The notes under the pieces: generated by a model
Seen by the model: only the letters and a program-made list of their open reading frames with translations
Database searches by the model: none
Told to the model about the DNA's origin: nothing
Position numbers and translations under genes: made by a program
Part shown: positions 20,945 through 31,313 of the stretch, one piece after another
Layout of the letters: the number at the start of each line of letters is the position of its first letter
How positions within the stretch are numbered: position 1 is the stretch's first letter
Source: Hyphomicrobiales bacterium
GTDB lineage: Bacteria; Pseudomonadota; Alphaproteobacteria; Rhizobiales; Rhizobiaceae
Length of the DNA stretch: 64,000 nt
Assembly (NCBI GenBank): GCA_021775415.1
Contig: JAJFHV010000002.1
Coordinates: forward strand, 98,581-162,580
Reading direction: 5' to 3'

Positions 20945-22104
20945 CGTGTCAGTTTCAATGTGGCTGCCGCCACAGAGGACAGGATTGCAAATGCGCCAGC
21001 AGTCAAAAGTGCCTGTTGGTAATTTCCACTGAGGTCGTAGAGAATTCCTGCAAACCAGGGTGCGGCCAGTCCTGCAGATCCCCAGGCAGTAAACACACGG
21101 CCATAAATTCGTATCCCTTCAATTGCGCCGAATGCGTGGGAAATGATCGACGGGTAGACGGCTATGAGTGCGCCGTATGCAAATCCAACGATCATCAAGC
21201 AGGCAAACAGGAGAATACCTCCGTTCGATTGGGTCAAGAGCAATAATGCGCCCGCCGATAACAAGGGTAACCAAAAAAGGATCGATTTGGGTTTCACGTG
21301 GTCCACCAGCCAACCACCCAACACAGCACCGGGGATGATACATAGTGAGATCAGTACCGGAGCGGCAACGGCAGTTGATTTTGACATTCCCAGTGATTGC
21401 GCAATTGGAGCGGCGTGTCCGATCGCCATCAAGCCGGCGGCGACCCCGGTGCCAAACCCGAACCATAACCAAACCGTCTGCAATGGTGTCGCGCTGGTCT
21501 TGCTCGTTTCCTCCTGGATATCTGTTTGAAACCGGGCTCCTGATTTCTGAAGCAGGATAGCAGTCACCAGACCGGTGGTTGCCAGAATACATGCAAGCGA
21601 CATCATTGCTGCATAAAAACCGCCTACCTCCATTGCAACAGCAAAACCGATGGGTGCACCCGCAGCACCAATACCATAGGCCGCCGTAACGATGCCCATT
21701 GTGAAGCCCTTGCGTTCCGGGAGGGCCTGACCCGCCAATTGCAGCGCGTATCCATATCCTAGGCCGTTAGCGGTGCCAAAAATCAAGCTGTAGCCGAACC
21801 AGACCAACCAAAGATTGGGTGCAAAGGCTGCAACTACAGCGCCGGCTGCAGCCAATAGACAAACACATATCGCAAAGATCGGCGGAGGTGCCTTGCCATA
21901 AAACCTGTGCCCGTAAAGAACTGCAAGCGTCAGGAATACCAGCGCCAAGGAGTAGGTAAGGCTTGCTGATGCCCGATTTACGGCAAACGCGTTTTCCAGG
22001 AACACCAGGAAAACAGAAAAGCCATGAACAGAGCCAAGCACCGCAGACAGAATAGAAGCAGCAAGAATGGTCAGGGATTTAAGGTGTGAAGGATTCGACA
22101 TCAC
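20941..22104 (-). CDS. MFS transporter
   Basis: 387 aa; about 12 hydrophobic helices; its stop overlaps the convergent ABC gene stop. Confidence 0.85.
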   Translation of the reverse strand: MMSNPSHLKSLTILAASILSAVLGSVHGFSVFLVFLENAFAVNRASASLTYSLALVFLTLAVLYGHRFYGKAPPPIFAICVCLLAAAGAVVAAFAPNLWLVWFGYSLIFGTANGLGYGYALQLAGQALPERKGFTMGIVTAAYGIGAAGAPIGFAVAMEVGGFYAAMMSLACILATTGLVTAILLQKSGARFQTDIQEETSKTSATPLQTVWLWFGFGTGVAAGLMAIGHAAPIAQSLGMSKSTAVAAPVLISLCIIPGAVLGGWLVDHVKPKSILFWLPLLSAGALLLLTQSNGGILLFACLMIVGFAYGALIAVYPSIISHAFGAIEGIRIYGRVFTAWGSAGLAAPWFAGILYDLSGNYQQALLTAGAFAILSSVAAATLKLTR

Positions 22105-22140
22105 ACCGTTTTACAGAAATTTTTATTGAGCGATATGAAA

Positions 22141-23946
22141 TTAATCACCCATCTCCTCGCGCAACACCTCCAGCTCAAGCCACTCTTCTTCTTTTGCGGA
22201 GAGTGATGTTTCACGATCAGCCAGCGCCTTGACCCAGGTGTTAAATTTTTTGGGGTCTTTGGAGTACAACTCCGGGTCTTCCAGCGCCTTGTTCAATTTG
22301 CCAATTTCAAATTCCAGCCGTTCAATTTCCTTCGGCAGGGTTTCGAGTGCATGTTTTTGACTGAAGGAAAGCTTTGAACCGGGTGTTGTTTGTTTGTCCT
22401 GTCGGGGCTTTGATTTACTGGCTGGTTTTGCCTTGGGTGAAGCGACCGGGATTTTGCCACCTCCGCGTTGACGAAGCATGTCGGAGTAACCACCGGCATA
22501 TTCGTGCCAGATACCCTTGCTCTCTGATGCAATCACCGAAGTGCAAGTCCGATCAAGAAAATCACGGTCGTGGCTTACAATCAAAACCGTGCCGGGAAAA
22601 TCAGCGACGAATTCCTGCAAAAGGTCGAGTGTTTCAAGATCAAGATCGTTTGTGGGTTCGTCCAAAATCAGGAAATTTGAAGGAGTTCTTAAACCGCGTG
22701 CCAACATCAGACGTCCTTTCTCGCCGCCGGAAAGAGCACGCAAAGGGGTGCGAAGTTGTTCCGGCAGAAACAGAAAGTCCTTCATGTAAGAAATAACGTG
22801 TTTGGTTTCCTCACCAATTGAAACCATGTCGCCCGTGCCATCGGTCAGGGCGTCTTTCAGGGTCCAGTCCGGATCCAGCATTTCGCGTTTTTGATCAACC
22901 ACCAGAATTTCGCTGCCAATGCCGATCTTTACCTTGCCACTATCCGGCGCGACTTTGCCGGTTACCAGATTGACCATTGTGGTTTTTCCAGAGCCATTAG
23001 GCCCGACAATGCCAACACGATCACCGCGCTGGATGATTGCCGAAAAATCCTTGATGATCTGCTTCGCACCAAAGGACTTAGACACATTGAAGAGACGGGC
23101 TACCAGTTTGCCCGAGCTCTCGCCCTCGGCGAGAGTGAGATTTACGCCACTCGAAACTTTGCGTTCGCTGGCTTTCGTCTGACGTAAATCTCCCAGCTCG
23201 CGAACACGGCGCATGTTGCGCTTGCGCCTGCCGGACACCCCATGGGTAATCCAGTGTTCTTCACGAACGATTTTTCGAGAAAGCTTGTGTCGTTCAGTTT
23301 CCTCCTGCTCAAATATGGTGTCTCGCCAATCCTCGAACGCACCAAATCCTTTTGCAAGTGATCTGGAGCGCCCGCGATCCATCCAGACTGTGGAGCGGGA
23401 TAGAGTTTCCAAGAATCGCCGGTCATGACTGATTGTGACAATGGCAGAACGCAATTCACGCAGTTCAGTTTCCAGCCACTCAATTACCGGTAGATCCAGA
23501 TGATTGGTTGGTTCATCCAGCAGCAGGATATCTGGCTCTGGCGCCAGTGCACGAGCAATTGCCGCTCTTCGGGTTTCACCACCGGACATGTTTTTGGGAT
23601 CTTCGTCTCCCTTGAGACCGAGACTCTCAAGCAGCAATTTGGCGCGGTGTGGATCATCTCCAGGAGCAAGGTCTGCAGCGACGTATTTCTCCACATTCTC
23701 GAAACCAGCAAGATCCGGTTCCTGGGGCAGGTATCGCAGTGTCGTACCGGGCTGAACAAATCGCTCACCGGAATCCGCTTCGACAATGCCTGCGGCGATT
23801 TTGAGCAGGGTTGATTTGCCTGACCCGTTGCGCCCAACAAGACACAAGCGATCACCAGCATGGATCGACAAATCAGCCCCTTCAATCAGTGGCGTGCCAC
23901 CGAAATTGAGATGGATGTTCTGCAAAAAGAGAATGGGTGCCGGCAT
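22141..23946 (-). CDS. ABC-F family ATPase (two ABC cassettes, C-terminal coiled coil)
   Basis: 601 aa; two Walker A (GRNGSGKST, GPNGSGKTT) and two signature motifs (MSGGETRR, LSGGEKGR); no TM domain. Confidence 0.9.
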   Translation of the reverse strand: MPAPILFLQNIHLNFGGTPLIEGADLSIHAGDRLCLVGRNGSGKSTLLKIAAGIVEADSGERFVQPGTTLRYLPQEPDLAGFENVEKYVAADLAPGDDPHRAKLLLESLGLKGDEDPKNMSGGETRRAAIARALAPEPDILLLDEPTNHLDLPVIEWLETELRELRSAIVTISHDRRFLETLSRSTVWMDRGRSRSLAKGFGAFEDWRDTIFEQEETERHKLSRKIVREEHWITHGVSGRRKRNMRRVRELGDLRQTKASERKVSSGVNLTLAEGESSGKLVARLFNVSKSFGAKQIIKDFSAIIQRGDRVGIVGPNGSGKTTMVNLVTGKVAPDSGKVKIGIGSEILVVDQKREMLDPDWTLKDALTDGTGDMVSIGEETKHVISYMKDFLFLPEQLRTPLRALSGGEKGRLMLARGLRTPSNFLILDEPTNDLDLETLDLLQEFVADFPGTVLIVSHDRDFLDRTCTSVIASESKGIWHEYAGGYSDMLRQRGGGKIPVASPKAKPASKSKPRQDKQTTPGSKLSFSQKHALETLPKEIERLEFEIGKLNKALEDPELYSKDPKKFNTWVKALADRETSLSAKEEEWLELEVLREEMGD

Positions 23947-23949
23947 GGG

Positions 23950-24705
23950 CTACTTTAGAAAGTAATAGGCTGAAAGGCAGAATCCCAGGATCACAACTGC
24001 ATTTGTTAACAGGGTTTGTGAAATGCGCCTTGCGTAGTAGGCACTTGTATACCCGCCAATTGCTGCACCTACCATCATCACCAATGCTTCCGGCCAGGAA
24101 ATCAAGCCGCCAATTGAAAACAGGATAACCCCCAGAACACTCACAGCCGTATTAGTCAGGTTTTTAAGCGCGTTTGCGTCATGGAAGTCGAGATACCCCA
24201 TGATTTTAAGGACGGCCAGTGTGATCACGCCAAGACCGGCTCCAAAATAGCCGCCATAGATTGAAAACAGGAACATCAGGCAGTAGCCCGGAAATCCAGC
24301 GGCCAATGCAGTGCCACCTGTTCGGGCGGTAACATACTCGTTTATGCGCCCGCCAAAGGCATAAAGCAGCGTTGCAGTTAAAATCAGCCATGGAACAATT
24401 TCCAGAAAAAAATTGTCTGTGCTGATCATCAACAGCCCGCAACCGACCGCACCGCCAGCAAGGCCAGCCGTGACCAGTTTTAACGCTTCCTGCCGATTGC
24501 CACGCAATTCCTTTGCGTATGCCGGGATTGCAGCAGCATTTCCAGGCAGTACAGCGACGAAATTTGAGGCATTTGCTACGGTAGGCGGAAGCCCGGCAGC
24601 CATTAGAACAGGGAATGTCAAAAGCGTTGCGCCGCCTGCAAGTGCATTGACGCCGCCCGCTACGAAACCTGCCGCTACCAGCATAAGGATAATTTCAATA
24701 GCCAT
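23950..24705 (-). CDS. TauE/SafE family anion (sulfite-type) exporter
   Basis: 251 aa; multi-TM and Gly-rich, consistent with the TauE/SafE (DUF81) family. Confidence 0.8.
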   Translation of the reverse strand: MAIEIILMLVAAGFVAGGVNALAGGATLLTFPVLMAAGLPPTVANASNFVAVLPGNAAAIPAYAKELRGNRQEALKLVTAGLAGGAVGCGLLMISTDNFFLEIVPWLILTATLLYAFGGRINEYVTARTGGTALAAGFPGYCLMFLFSIYGGYFGAGLGVITLAVLKIMGYLDFHDANALKNLTNTAVSVLGVILFSIGGLISWPEALVMMVGAAIGGYTSAYYARRISQTLLTNAVVILGFCLSAYYFLK

Positions 24706-24957
24706 GATGTTTCACCCTTTGCGAATCGTTCAAGCGGCGACTTTTGTTCCAAAAACCCATGCCAGCCACAGATTTGACCATTCTACAAGTGCATTGGAGA
24801 CGGGCAGTTCTTCCCGCGACAAACTGCCGTAATTTTCCATCATGTCTGGACAGCAAATTCAGGGCAGCTTAGAACTCCTCCAACATATTCTGTTGCCGGA
24901 GATTCTGGAAAGCCAGTTTGCTAAACTTTCCAGGATAGACGACAATTTGCATGACGT

Positions 24958-25548
24958 TTGAAAGGATGTGATTCCGTGAGCGCGAAATCAAAGGCCGGGG
25001 CACCGGAACCTACCCGCAGGGACTTTTTATACATTGCCACCGGAACCATGGGTGCGGTGGGTGCAGCAGCGGTGACTTGGCCGCTAATCCACCAGATGTC
25101 TCCGGACGCCTCCACTCTGGCTTTGTCTTCCATTGAGGTTGATGTCTCATCGATTGAACCGGGTCAGGCGATCACGGTGAAATGGCGCGGCAAGCCGGTA
25201 TTTATCCGCAACCGTACGGACAAGGAAGTTGAAGAGGCCAGTGCGGTGAGCCTTGACGAACTGAAAGACAAGATTGCGGAAAATCAAAACCTTGAAGCTT
25301 CAGCACCGGCAACCAACGCAAACCGGTCTGCCGGTGAAGGTAGGGAAAACTGGATCGTCATGATCGGCTCATGCACACACCTTGGTTGCATTCCGGTCGG
25401 TCTTTCGGGAGATTTTGGCGGTTGGTTCTGTCCGTGTCACGGGTCGCACTATGATACGGCCGGGCGCATTCGCAAGGGACCGGCACCAGAAAACCTTGCA
25501 ATACCACCGTTTGAATTCGTTTCAGACGAAACCCTCAAGATCGGCTAA
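24958..25548 (+). CDS. petA: ubiquinol-cytochrome c reductase Rieske iron-sulfur subunit
   Basis: Tat-like TRRDFLY; Rieske boxes CTHLGC and CPCHGS; the real start may be the GTG at 24976. Confidence 0.9.
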   Translation: MKGCDSVSAKSKAGAPEPTRRDFLYIATGTMGAVGAAAVTWPLIHQMSPDASTLALSSIEVDVSSIEPGQAITVKWRGKPVFIRNRTDKEVEEASAVSLDELKDKIAENQNLEASAPATNANRSAGEGRENWIVMIGSCTHLGCIPVGLSGDFGGWFCPCHGSHYDTAGRIRKGPAPENLAIPPFEFVSDETLKIG

Positions 25549-25559
25549 GGAACAAAATC

Positions 25560-26855
25560 ATGAGTGCTGGTCATTCCCAATACACCCCGAACAACGGCTT
25601 CATGAAGTGGCTGGATGCGCGTTTACCGCTTCCCCGCATGGTATATGACAGCTTTATTGCCTATCCGGTGCCCCGTAATCTCAACGGCTGGTACACGTTT
25701 GGCGCAATTTTATCGATCATGCTGGTGGTTCAGATCATCACCGGCGTTGTGCTGGCGATGCACTATGTTGCATCAACCGGTGCAGCTTTCGACAGCGTTG
25801 AACACATCATGCGTGATGTGAACTATGGTTGGTTGATGCGACGGCTGCACTCGAACGGTGCTTCGATGTTCTTCCTGGCGGTATATATCCACATCTTCAG
25901 GGGCATGTATTACGGCTCATACAAGAACCCACGCGAAGTGCTGTGGATACTGGGTGTGTTGATATTCCTGCTGATGATGGCGACTGCCTTCATGGGATAT
26001 GTGTTGCCATGGGGCCAGATGAGCTTCTGGGGTGCAACGGTTATTACCGGCTTCTTCTCTGCAGTTCCGCTGGTTGGAACAACCATTCAAGAGTGGTTGC
26101 TGGGTGGCTTTGCGGTGGATAACCCAACACTTAACCGCTTTTTCTCGCTGCATTACCTGCTACCGTTCATGATTGCCGGTGTTGTAGCGCTTCATGTGTG
26201 GGCACTGCATGTGGTTGGTCAGACCAACCCGACCGGCGTCGAAGTCAAGGACATGAAGAAAGAAACCGTTCCTTTTACTCCATACGCAACCATCAAGGAT
26301 GCGCTGGGTGTCATCGTGTTCTTCCTGGTGTTTGCCTGGTTTGTATTTTACCTGCCGGATTTTCTTGGTCATCCAGATAATTACGTCCGGGCTGACTCCC
26401 TTAAAACACCAGCACACATTGTGCCTGAATGGTACTTCCTGCCGTTCTACGCAATTTTGCGGGCGATCACCTTCAACATTTCAATTCCCTTCACCGACAT
26501 TGTCCTGATCAATTCAAAGCTTGGTGGGGTGATTGCGATGGTCGGTTCAATTGCAGTGATGTTCTTCCTGCCATGGCTTGATACTTCCAAAGTGCGCTCA
26601 GCAAGTTACCGACCGCTGTACAGACAGTTCTTCTGGGTGTTTGTCATTGTTGGTATTCTGCTGGGGTGGCTTGGTTCCAAGCCCGCTGATGGTATCTATG
26701 TTCTGGCGGCTCAAATACTGACTGCCTACTACTTCGCGCATTTTCTCCTTATTCTGCCGTGGCTTGGATGGTTTGAAAAGCCGAGCAAGGTGCCACCGAG
26801 TATTGCAGATGCCGTACTTGCCAAAAAATCCAACGCAGCACAGCCTGCCGAGTAA
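25560..26855 (+). CDS. petB: cytochrome b
   Basis: 431 aa; classic cytochrome b sequence (RxxHxNGAS, WGATVIT, PEWYFL). Confidence 0.95.
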   Translation: MSAGHSQYTPNNGFMKWLDARLPLPRMVYDSFIAYPVPRNLNGWYTFGAILSIMLVVQIITGVVLAMHYVASTGAAFDSVEHIMRDVNYGWLMRRLHSNGASMFFLAVYIHIFRGMYYGSYKNPREVLWILGVLIFLLMMATAFMGYVLPWGQMSFWGATVITGFFSAVPLVGTTIQEWLLGGFAVDNPTLNRFFSLHYLLPFMIAGVVALHVWALHVVGQTNPTGVEVKDMKKETVPFTPYATIKDALGVIVFFLVFAWFVFYLPDFLGHPDNYVRADSLKTPAHIVPEWYFLPFYAILRAITFNISIPFTDIVLINSKLGGVIAMVGSIAVMFFLPWLDTSKVRSASYRPLYRQFFWVFVIVGILLGWLGSKPADGIYVLAAQILTAYYFAHFLLILPWLGWFEKPSKVPPSIADAVLAKKSNAAQPAE

Positions 26856-26876
26856 ACAAGGTCCGGAGACCAAGAG

Positions 26877-27731
26877 ATGAGAAGCATTTTTGTGAAATTT
26901 ACCGGATTTTGCGCAGCTGCCATGATGGCACTCAGCGCTTCGGTGGTCTTTGGTGCGGAAGAGGGGGAAACACCTCACTATCCGATCAAACCTCCCAAGG
27001 AAGTTGAGTGGAGTTTTGCCGGTCCGTTTGGAACCTGGGATATTGGCCAGTTACAGCGCGGCTACAAGATTTACAGCGAAGTCTGTTCGGCTTGCCATTC
27101 AATCGACCTTCTGTCGTTCCGCAATCTTTCTGCGCTTGGATATACCGACGCGCAGGTCAAGGCCATTGCCGCAGAGTACGAAGTTCAGGATGGCCCTGAC
27201 GAAGATGGTGAAATGTTTGATCGTACCGCTCTGCCCTCCGACCGCATTCCGGGGCCTTTTGCCAATGATGCAGAAGCCAAGGCATCCAACAATGGGGCAA
27301 TGCCTCCCGACTTCTCGCTTTTGGCGAAAGCGCGTGGTGTTAGTCGCGGCTTCCCGACTTTTGTTTTTGATGTTTTCACGCTCTATGCCGAGGGCGGTCC
27401 GGATTACATCTATTCACTGTTGGTCGGTTATGAAGATGCTCCAGATCATGTCGAGATACCTGAAAGCACCTATTACAATTCGTATTTCATAGCAGCGCCT
27501 TCTCTTTCAATGGCTCCACCACTGGATGATGAATCGGTAACCTATGACGATGGAACACCTGAAACGCTGGATCAGCATGCACAGGATGTGGCCGCATTCA
27601 TGATGTGGGCCGCTGAGCCAAGCCTGGTTGAGCGCAAGGCAATGGGCTTCAAGGTGATGATCTTCCTGCTGATCTTCGCAGGTCTTTTGTACCTGACGAA
27701 AAAGCGGGTGTTCTCGGGTTTCAAAGACTGA
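26877..27731 (+). CDS. petC: cytochrome c1
   Basis: 284 aa; signal peptide, CSACH haem motif, C-terminal TM anchor. Confidence 0.9.
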   Translation: MRSIFVKFTGFCAAAMMALSASVVFGAEEGETPHYPIKPPKEVEWSFAGPFGTWDIGQLQRGYKIYSEVCSACHSIDLLSFRNLSALGYTDAQVKAIAAEYEVQDGPDEDGEMFDRTALPSDRIPGPFANDAEAKASNNGAMPPDFSLLAKARGVSRGFPTFVFDVFTLYAEGGPDYIYSLLVGYEDAPDHVEIPESTYYNSYFIAAPSLSMAPPLDDESVTYDDGTPETLDQHAQDVAAFMMWAAEPSLVERKAMGFKVMIFLLIFAGLLYLTKKRVFSGFKD

Positions 27732-27754
27732 TCACATGATTTTTTAATTACTGA

Positions 27755-27784
27755 AAGGGCCTTGTCATGCAGGGCCCTTTTTGT
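27755..27784 (+). terminator. terminator after petC
   Basis: aagggcc / ggccctt stem followed by a T run; it lies inside the long-ORF N-terminal extension of apt, which argues for the internal apt start. Confidence 0.6.
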
Positions 27785-27806
27785 TTGTCTGAATTTTGGG
27801 GGATCC

Positions 27807-28352
27807 ATGGAAAACACACTTCGTACTCAACTCCAAAGCGCAATCCGATCAATTCCGGATTATCCCAAAAAGGGCGTCATCTTCCGTGATGTCACGACCC
27901 TGTTTGGAGACGCGGATGCATTCAGCCGCTCCGTTGATGCGTTAGTTGAGCCCTTCGTCGACAAGGGTATCACACAAGTTGCCGGGATTGAGGCGCGCGG
28001 GTTCATTTTGGGTGGGGCAATGGCGCACCGATTATCTAGCGGGTTTGTTCCGGTTCGCAAACCGGGAAAACTGCCGCGTGACACCATCAGCGTATCTTAT
28101 GAACTTGAATATGGTGAGGACCGACTGGAGCTTCACAAGGATGCAGTTGAACCGGGTCAGAAAGTTCTGCTGGTTGATGATTTGATTGCCACGGGTGGTA
28201 CTGCTGAAGCTGCGATCAAACTACTGCGGCAGTTGAATGCCGACATTGTTGCTGCATGTTTCATAATTGACTTGCCTGATCTGGGTGGTGCGGACTTGGT
28301 GAAGTCGTTTGGCATTCCCGTGCAAACCCTGATTGAATTTGAAGGCGACTGA
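27807..28352 (+). CDS. apt: adenine phosphoribosyltransferase
   Basis: Start at the ATG at 27807 (MENTLRT); PRPP motif [14 protein letters not shown]. Confidence 0.9.
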   Translation: MENTLRTQLQSAIRSIPDYPKKGVIFRDVTTLFGDADAFSRSVDALVEPFVDKGITQVAGIEARGFILGGAMAHRLSSGFVPVRKPGKLPRDTISVSYELEYGEDRLELHKDAVEPGQKVLLVDDLIATGGTAEAAIKLLRQLNADIVAACFIIDLPDLGGADLVKSFGIPVQTLIEFEGD

Positions 28353-28444
28353 TACTCTCATTTCGATTTTTCAAATGCGAGATTTGCTGTCGCGTTTGGA
28401 AATTGGCGGTGGGGTGAATATCTGGGAGTATTGGTTCACATTCG

Positions 28445-29311
28445 GTGATAACCATGAGGTCTGTGATGGCACCTGACCCAAAAGCCTATATTGATCTGAA
28501 ACGCTATCCTCTGGATCGTTCGGACGATCCAGCTTTTAAATCCGTGTTGCAGAAAGTCCATCGCGAACTTTCCAACGATGGCTGCTCAGTTCTGAAAGGG
28601 TTTGTCCGGTCGGAATGTATTGGTGATCTTGTAATCGAGTCGGATTTGGCGGCACCGAATGGCCATATGTCCAAAAATCGCACCAATGCGTATTTCACGA
28701 TGGATGATGAAACTCTTCCATCTGATCATCCCAAGCGGCAATTCTTTGATCGCTCGAACGCATTTATTCCGGCGGACAATTTCAGTGAGAATTCTGCATT
28801 GCGAGAGATATATGAATGGAAACCATTCTTTGAGTTTGTCCGTAACGCATTGGGAGAAACGAATTTCTATCGATACGCCGACCCGCTGGCTGATGTGATC
28901 GTCAACATGGCGGAAGAGGGCAACGGTTTCCCCTGGCATTTTGACACGAACAATTACACGGTCACGCTCGCCATTCAAAATGCGGAGGAGGGTGGAGACT
29001 TTCAATATGCCCCTAATATCCGCAAGCAGGATGAAAATTTTGACGAGGTACGCCGCGTACTGGATGGAACTTCCAGCAAGTTGAAAACCCTGACGCTCGA
29101 ACCGGGTGATCTACAGATTTTCAAGGGTAGATATTCCATGCACAGGGTAGCTCCACTGAGGGGCAAACGGCCGCGTTATGTAGCGATCTTCTCCTATGTG
29201 GAGGAGCAGGGGATGGTTGGATCACCAGAGCGAACAAAGCAGCTCTATGGCAAGGTTCTGCCAATTCATTTGGAACGGGCAGGATTACGCGCGGATAGCT
29301 TTCTTGATTAA
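28445..29311 (+). CDS. Fe(II)/2-oxoglutarate-dependent oxygenase-like protein
   Basis: 288 aa; HxD...H facial triad candidates (WHFD ... MHRV); subfamily not recognised. Confidence 0.55.
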   Translation: MITMRSVMAPDPKAYIDLKRYPLDRSDDPAFKSVLQKVHRELSNDGCSVLKGFVRSECIGDLVIESDLAAPNGHMSKNRTNAYFTMDDETLPSDHPKRQFFDRSNAFIPADNFSENSALREIYEWKPFFEFVRNALGETNFYRYADPLADVIVNMAEEGNGFPWHFDTNNYTVTLAIQNAEEGGDFQYAPNIRKQDENFDEVRRVLDGTSSKLKTLTLEPGDLQIFKGRYSMHRVAPLRGKRPRYVAIFSYVEEQGMVGSPERTKQLYGKVLPIHLERAGLRADSFLD

Positions 29312-29328
29312 CCTGTGAAGCGTTTCGC

Positions 29329-30390
29329 CTAAAAGCCAGCTGCGACAATCATGTCTGCCGCTGCAGGACTGCAGGCAATTGGCGTGTCATGCTGGATTGC
29401 AAGCCTAATGAGCGCAAGCAGGTCCACATCGGTTGAGCCCGGCCCATGAGGGTCAGCAAAGAAGATGACCGCATCCAGTTCGCCGGTTGCAACAAGTGCG
29501 CCTAATTGTTGGTCGCCGCCATGGGAGCCGCGCTGAAGCCGGTGGATGAACAGTTCCGGAGCAGCTTCACCCAACATTGTGCCGGTACCGCCAGTGCAGA
29601 TAATTTTATGCCGGCGCAGGGTTTCGCAATGCCGATTGACCCAGGCTTTTAGGTGTGATTTGCGGTTGTTGTGGGCAACAAGCGCAATCCTTTTGGGAGC
29701 AGAGGAACGCAATTTCGCGTGGCCGGTCATCATCATGATGGATTGAACCTGCGATACGAGACCTTCTCCGCTAGCGGGGAATGCTTCTTCAAATGCAGCC
29801 GTGCCAACGGTGAAACCTGCAGCACCTGCTTCAGCGACAGCAATAATGCGCTCTTCCTGGTCGATGCTTCCTGCCATGATCACTGGTTTGTCTACGGCGC
29901 TACAAACAGCCTTCATAAGCGCTGGCACGTCTCCGTCGAGACGATAGGCCAGCAAATCCAGACCATGTACGGTTTCCAGATCCGCCAATTGTCGGGCGCT
30001 TTCAACAATTTCCTCAATTGTACCGGCAAGAACACTTGGATGGCCGACAATTTCACCAGGAAACGGGTAGTATCGAATGGGATGGTGCCGCAGCATCGGT
30101 GCAACCTTGGCTGCGCGTGTGCCGCCCAACAGGCAATCCACCTCAAGGTCGATTGCCGCTTTGGCTGAGCGCAATTCACTTTCTTCGTCGAGACTTACAA
30201 CTTCCAGATAGGCGCGGCCCCCTGAAGCGCGGATATCCCGGGCGAGGCTTTTCAATTCCTCAAAGGGCAGGCCGACATCCTTGAAACCGATGTGGCGTGC
30301 GCCGCCTGCAAGTACATCGTCCAATCGTTCCCTTGCGTCGGGAATTGTACTGTCGTTTGCAGTCAGCATAAATATGAAATCAAAAGCCAT
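29329..30390 (-). CDS. fusion protein: N-terminal GlpP-like/TIM-barrel-like domain plus C-terminal methylglyoxal synthase-like domain
   Basis: Start moved to the ATG at 30390; the C-terminal ~125 aa matches MgsA (IALVAH, TGGTG, GGDQQ, VIFFADP, LIRLA); the N-terminal ~225 aa ends with KPVIMAGSIDQEERIIAVAEAGAAGFTVGTAAF. Confidence 0.7.
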   Translation of the reverse strand: MAFDFIFMLTANDSTIPDARERLDDVLAGGARHIGFKDVGLPFEELKSLARDIRASGGRAYLEVVSLDEESELRSAKAAIDLEVDCLLGGTRAAKVAPMLRHHPIRYYPFPGEIVGHPSVLAGTIEEIVESARQLADLETVHGLDLLAYRLDGDVPALMKAVCSAVDKPVIMAGSIDQEERIIAVAEAGAAGFTVGTAAFEEAFPASGEGLVSQVQSIMMMTGHAKLRSSAPKRIALVAHNNRKSHLKAWVNRHCETLRRHKIICTGGTGTMLGEAAPELFIHRLQRGSHGGDQQLGALVATGELDAVIFFADPHGPGSTDVDLLALIRLAIQHDTPIACSPAAADMIVAAGF

Positions 30391-30620
30391 TGGTGGAAGT
30401 TGCTCCAGATTTGGATGAAATTTCACTAGTTCGCACCAGCGGTTGAGGAAGCATCTTAATGCCAAATGATCCTGACGGAAGCAGTTTTAGTAAGTTGATG
30501 CCCGCATACATCATTCGACAGTACCCCACTTAGGGATGAGAGTTGATCAAAGCCTTGAGTTTGCAGTCAAATGCTGCACATTCTATCCGCGCAATATCAG
30601 GATGAGTTGGCCAAACAGAC

Positions 30621-31310
30621 ATGTCAGAAATATTAGAGAACTTACAGCCGATTGATTTTTTTGCCCTGTGGTTTTTTCTGCTGGTCTGGCTCACCTTCGA
30701 ATACATTATTGATTTTTCCAACGTCAAGCGAAAGAGCCTAAGCGGCTTGATGTCCGATAAACGTCGAGCATGGATGGAGGTGTTGGTAGAACGCGATCTA
30801 CGCATTGTTGACGCATCTATTCTTGGTGGCTTGCAACAGGGCGCCGCGTTCTTCGCATCGACATCTATCCTGGCGATTGGCGGGTGCTTTGCACTATTGG
30901 GATCTACCGATCAGGTGCTGGAAATCTATTCAAGCCTGCCATTGGGATCGGGAATGGACCCGGTTATCTGGGAAATCAAAGTTTTGGGATTAACCGCGCT
31001 GTTTGCCTATTCGTTTTTCAAGTTTGGCTGGTCGTATCGCCTGTTCAATTATTGCGCAATTCTGGTAGGCGCGGTGCCTCAACCGGAGGCTGATCTTAAG
31101 GCCCGCCGAATTGCGGCTTCGGAAGCCGCGGAAATGAACATTATTGCCGGTCGCCACTTTACTTCGGGGCTGCGCGGAATTTTCTTTTCCGTCGCCTATC
31201 TTGGCTGGTTTATTGGGCCCTGGATGTTTCTGCTAACCACCGTGATCGTGATCGTGGTGTTGATTCGTCGGCAGTATTTTTCCCGGGCTCGCGCTGTGCT
31301 TCTTAAGTAG
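30621..31310 (+). CDS. DUF599 family membrane protein
   Basis: 229 aa; multi-TM; conserved RRAWM and GGLQQGAAFFASTS blocks as in DUF599. Confidence 0.7.
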   Translation: MSEILENLQPIDFFALWFFLLVWLTFEYIIDFSNVKRKSLSGLMSDKRRAWMEVLVERDLRIVDASILGGLQQGAAFFASTSILAIGGCFALLGSTDQVLEIYSSLPLGSGMDPVIWEIKVLGLTALFAYSFFKFGWSYRLFNYCAILVGAVPQPEADLKARRIAASEAAEMNIIAGRHFTSGLRGIFFSVAYLGWFIGPWMFLLTTVIVIVVLIRRQYFSRARAVLLK

Positions 31311-31313
31311 AAT

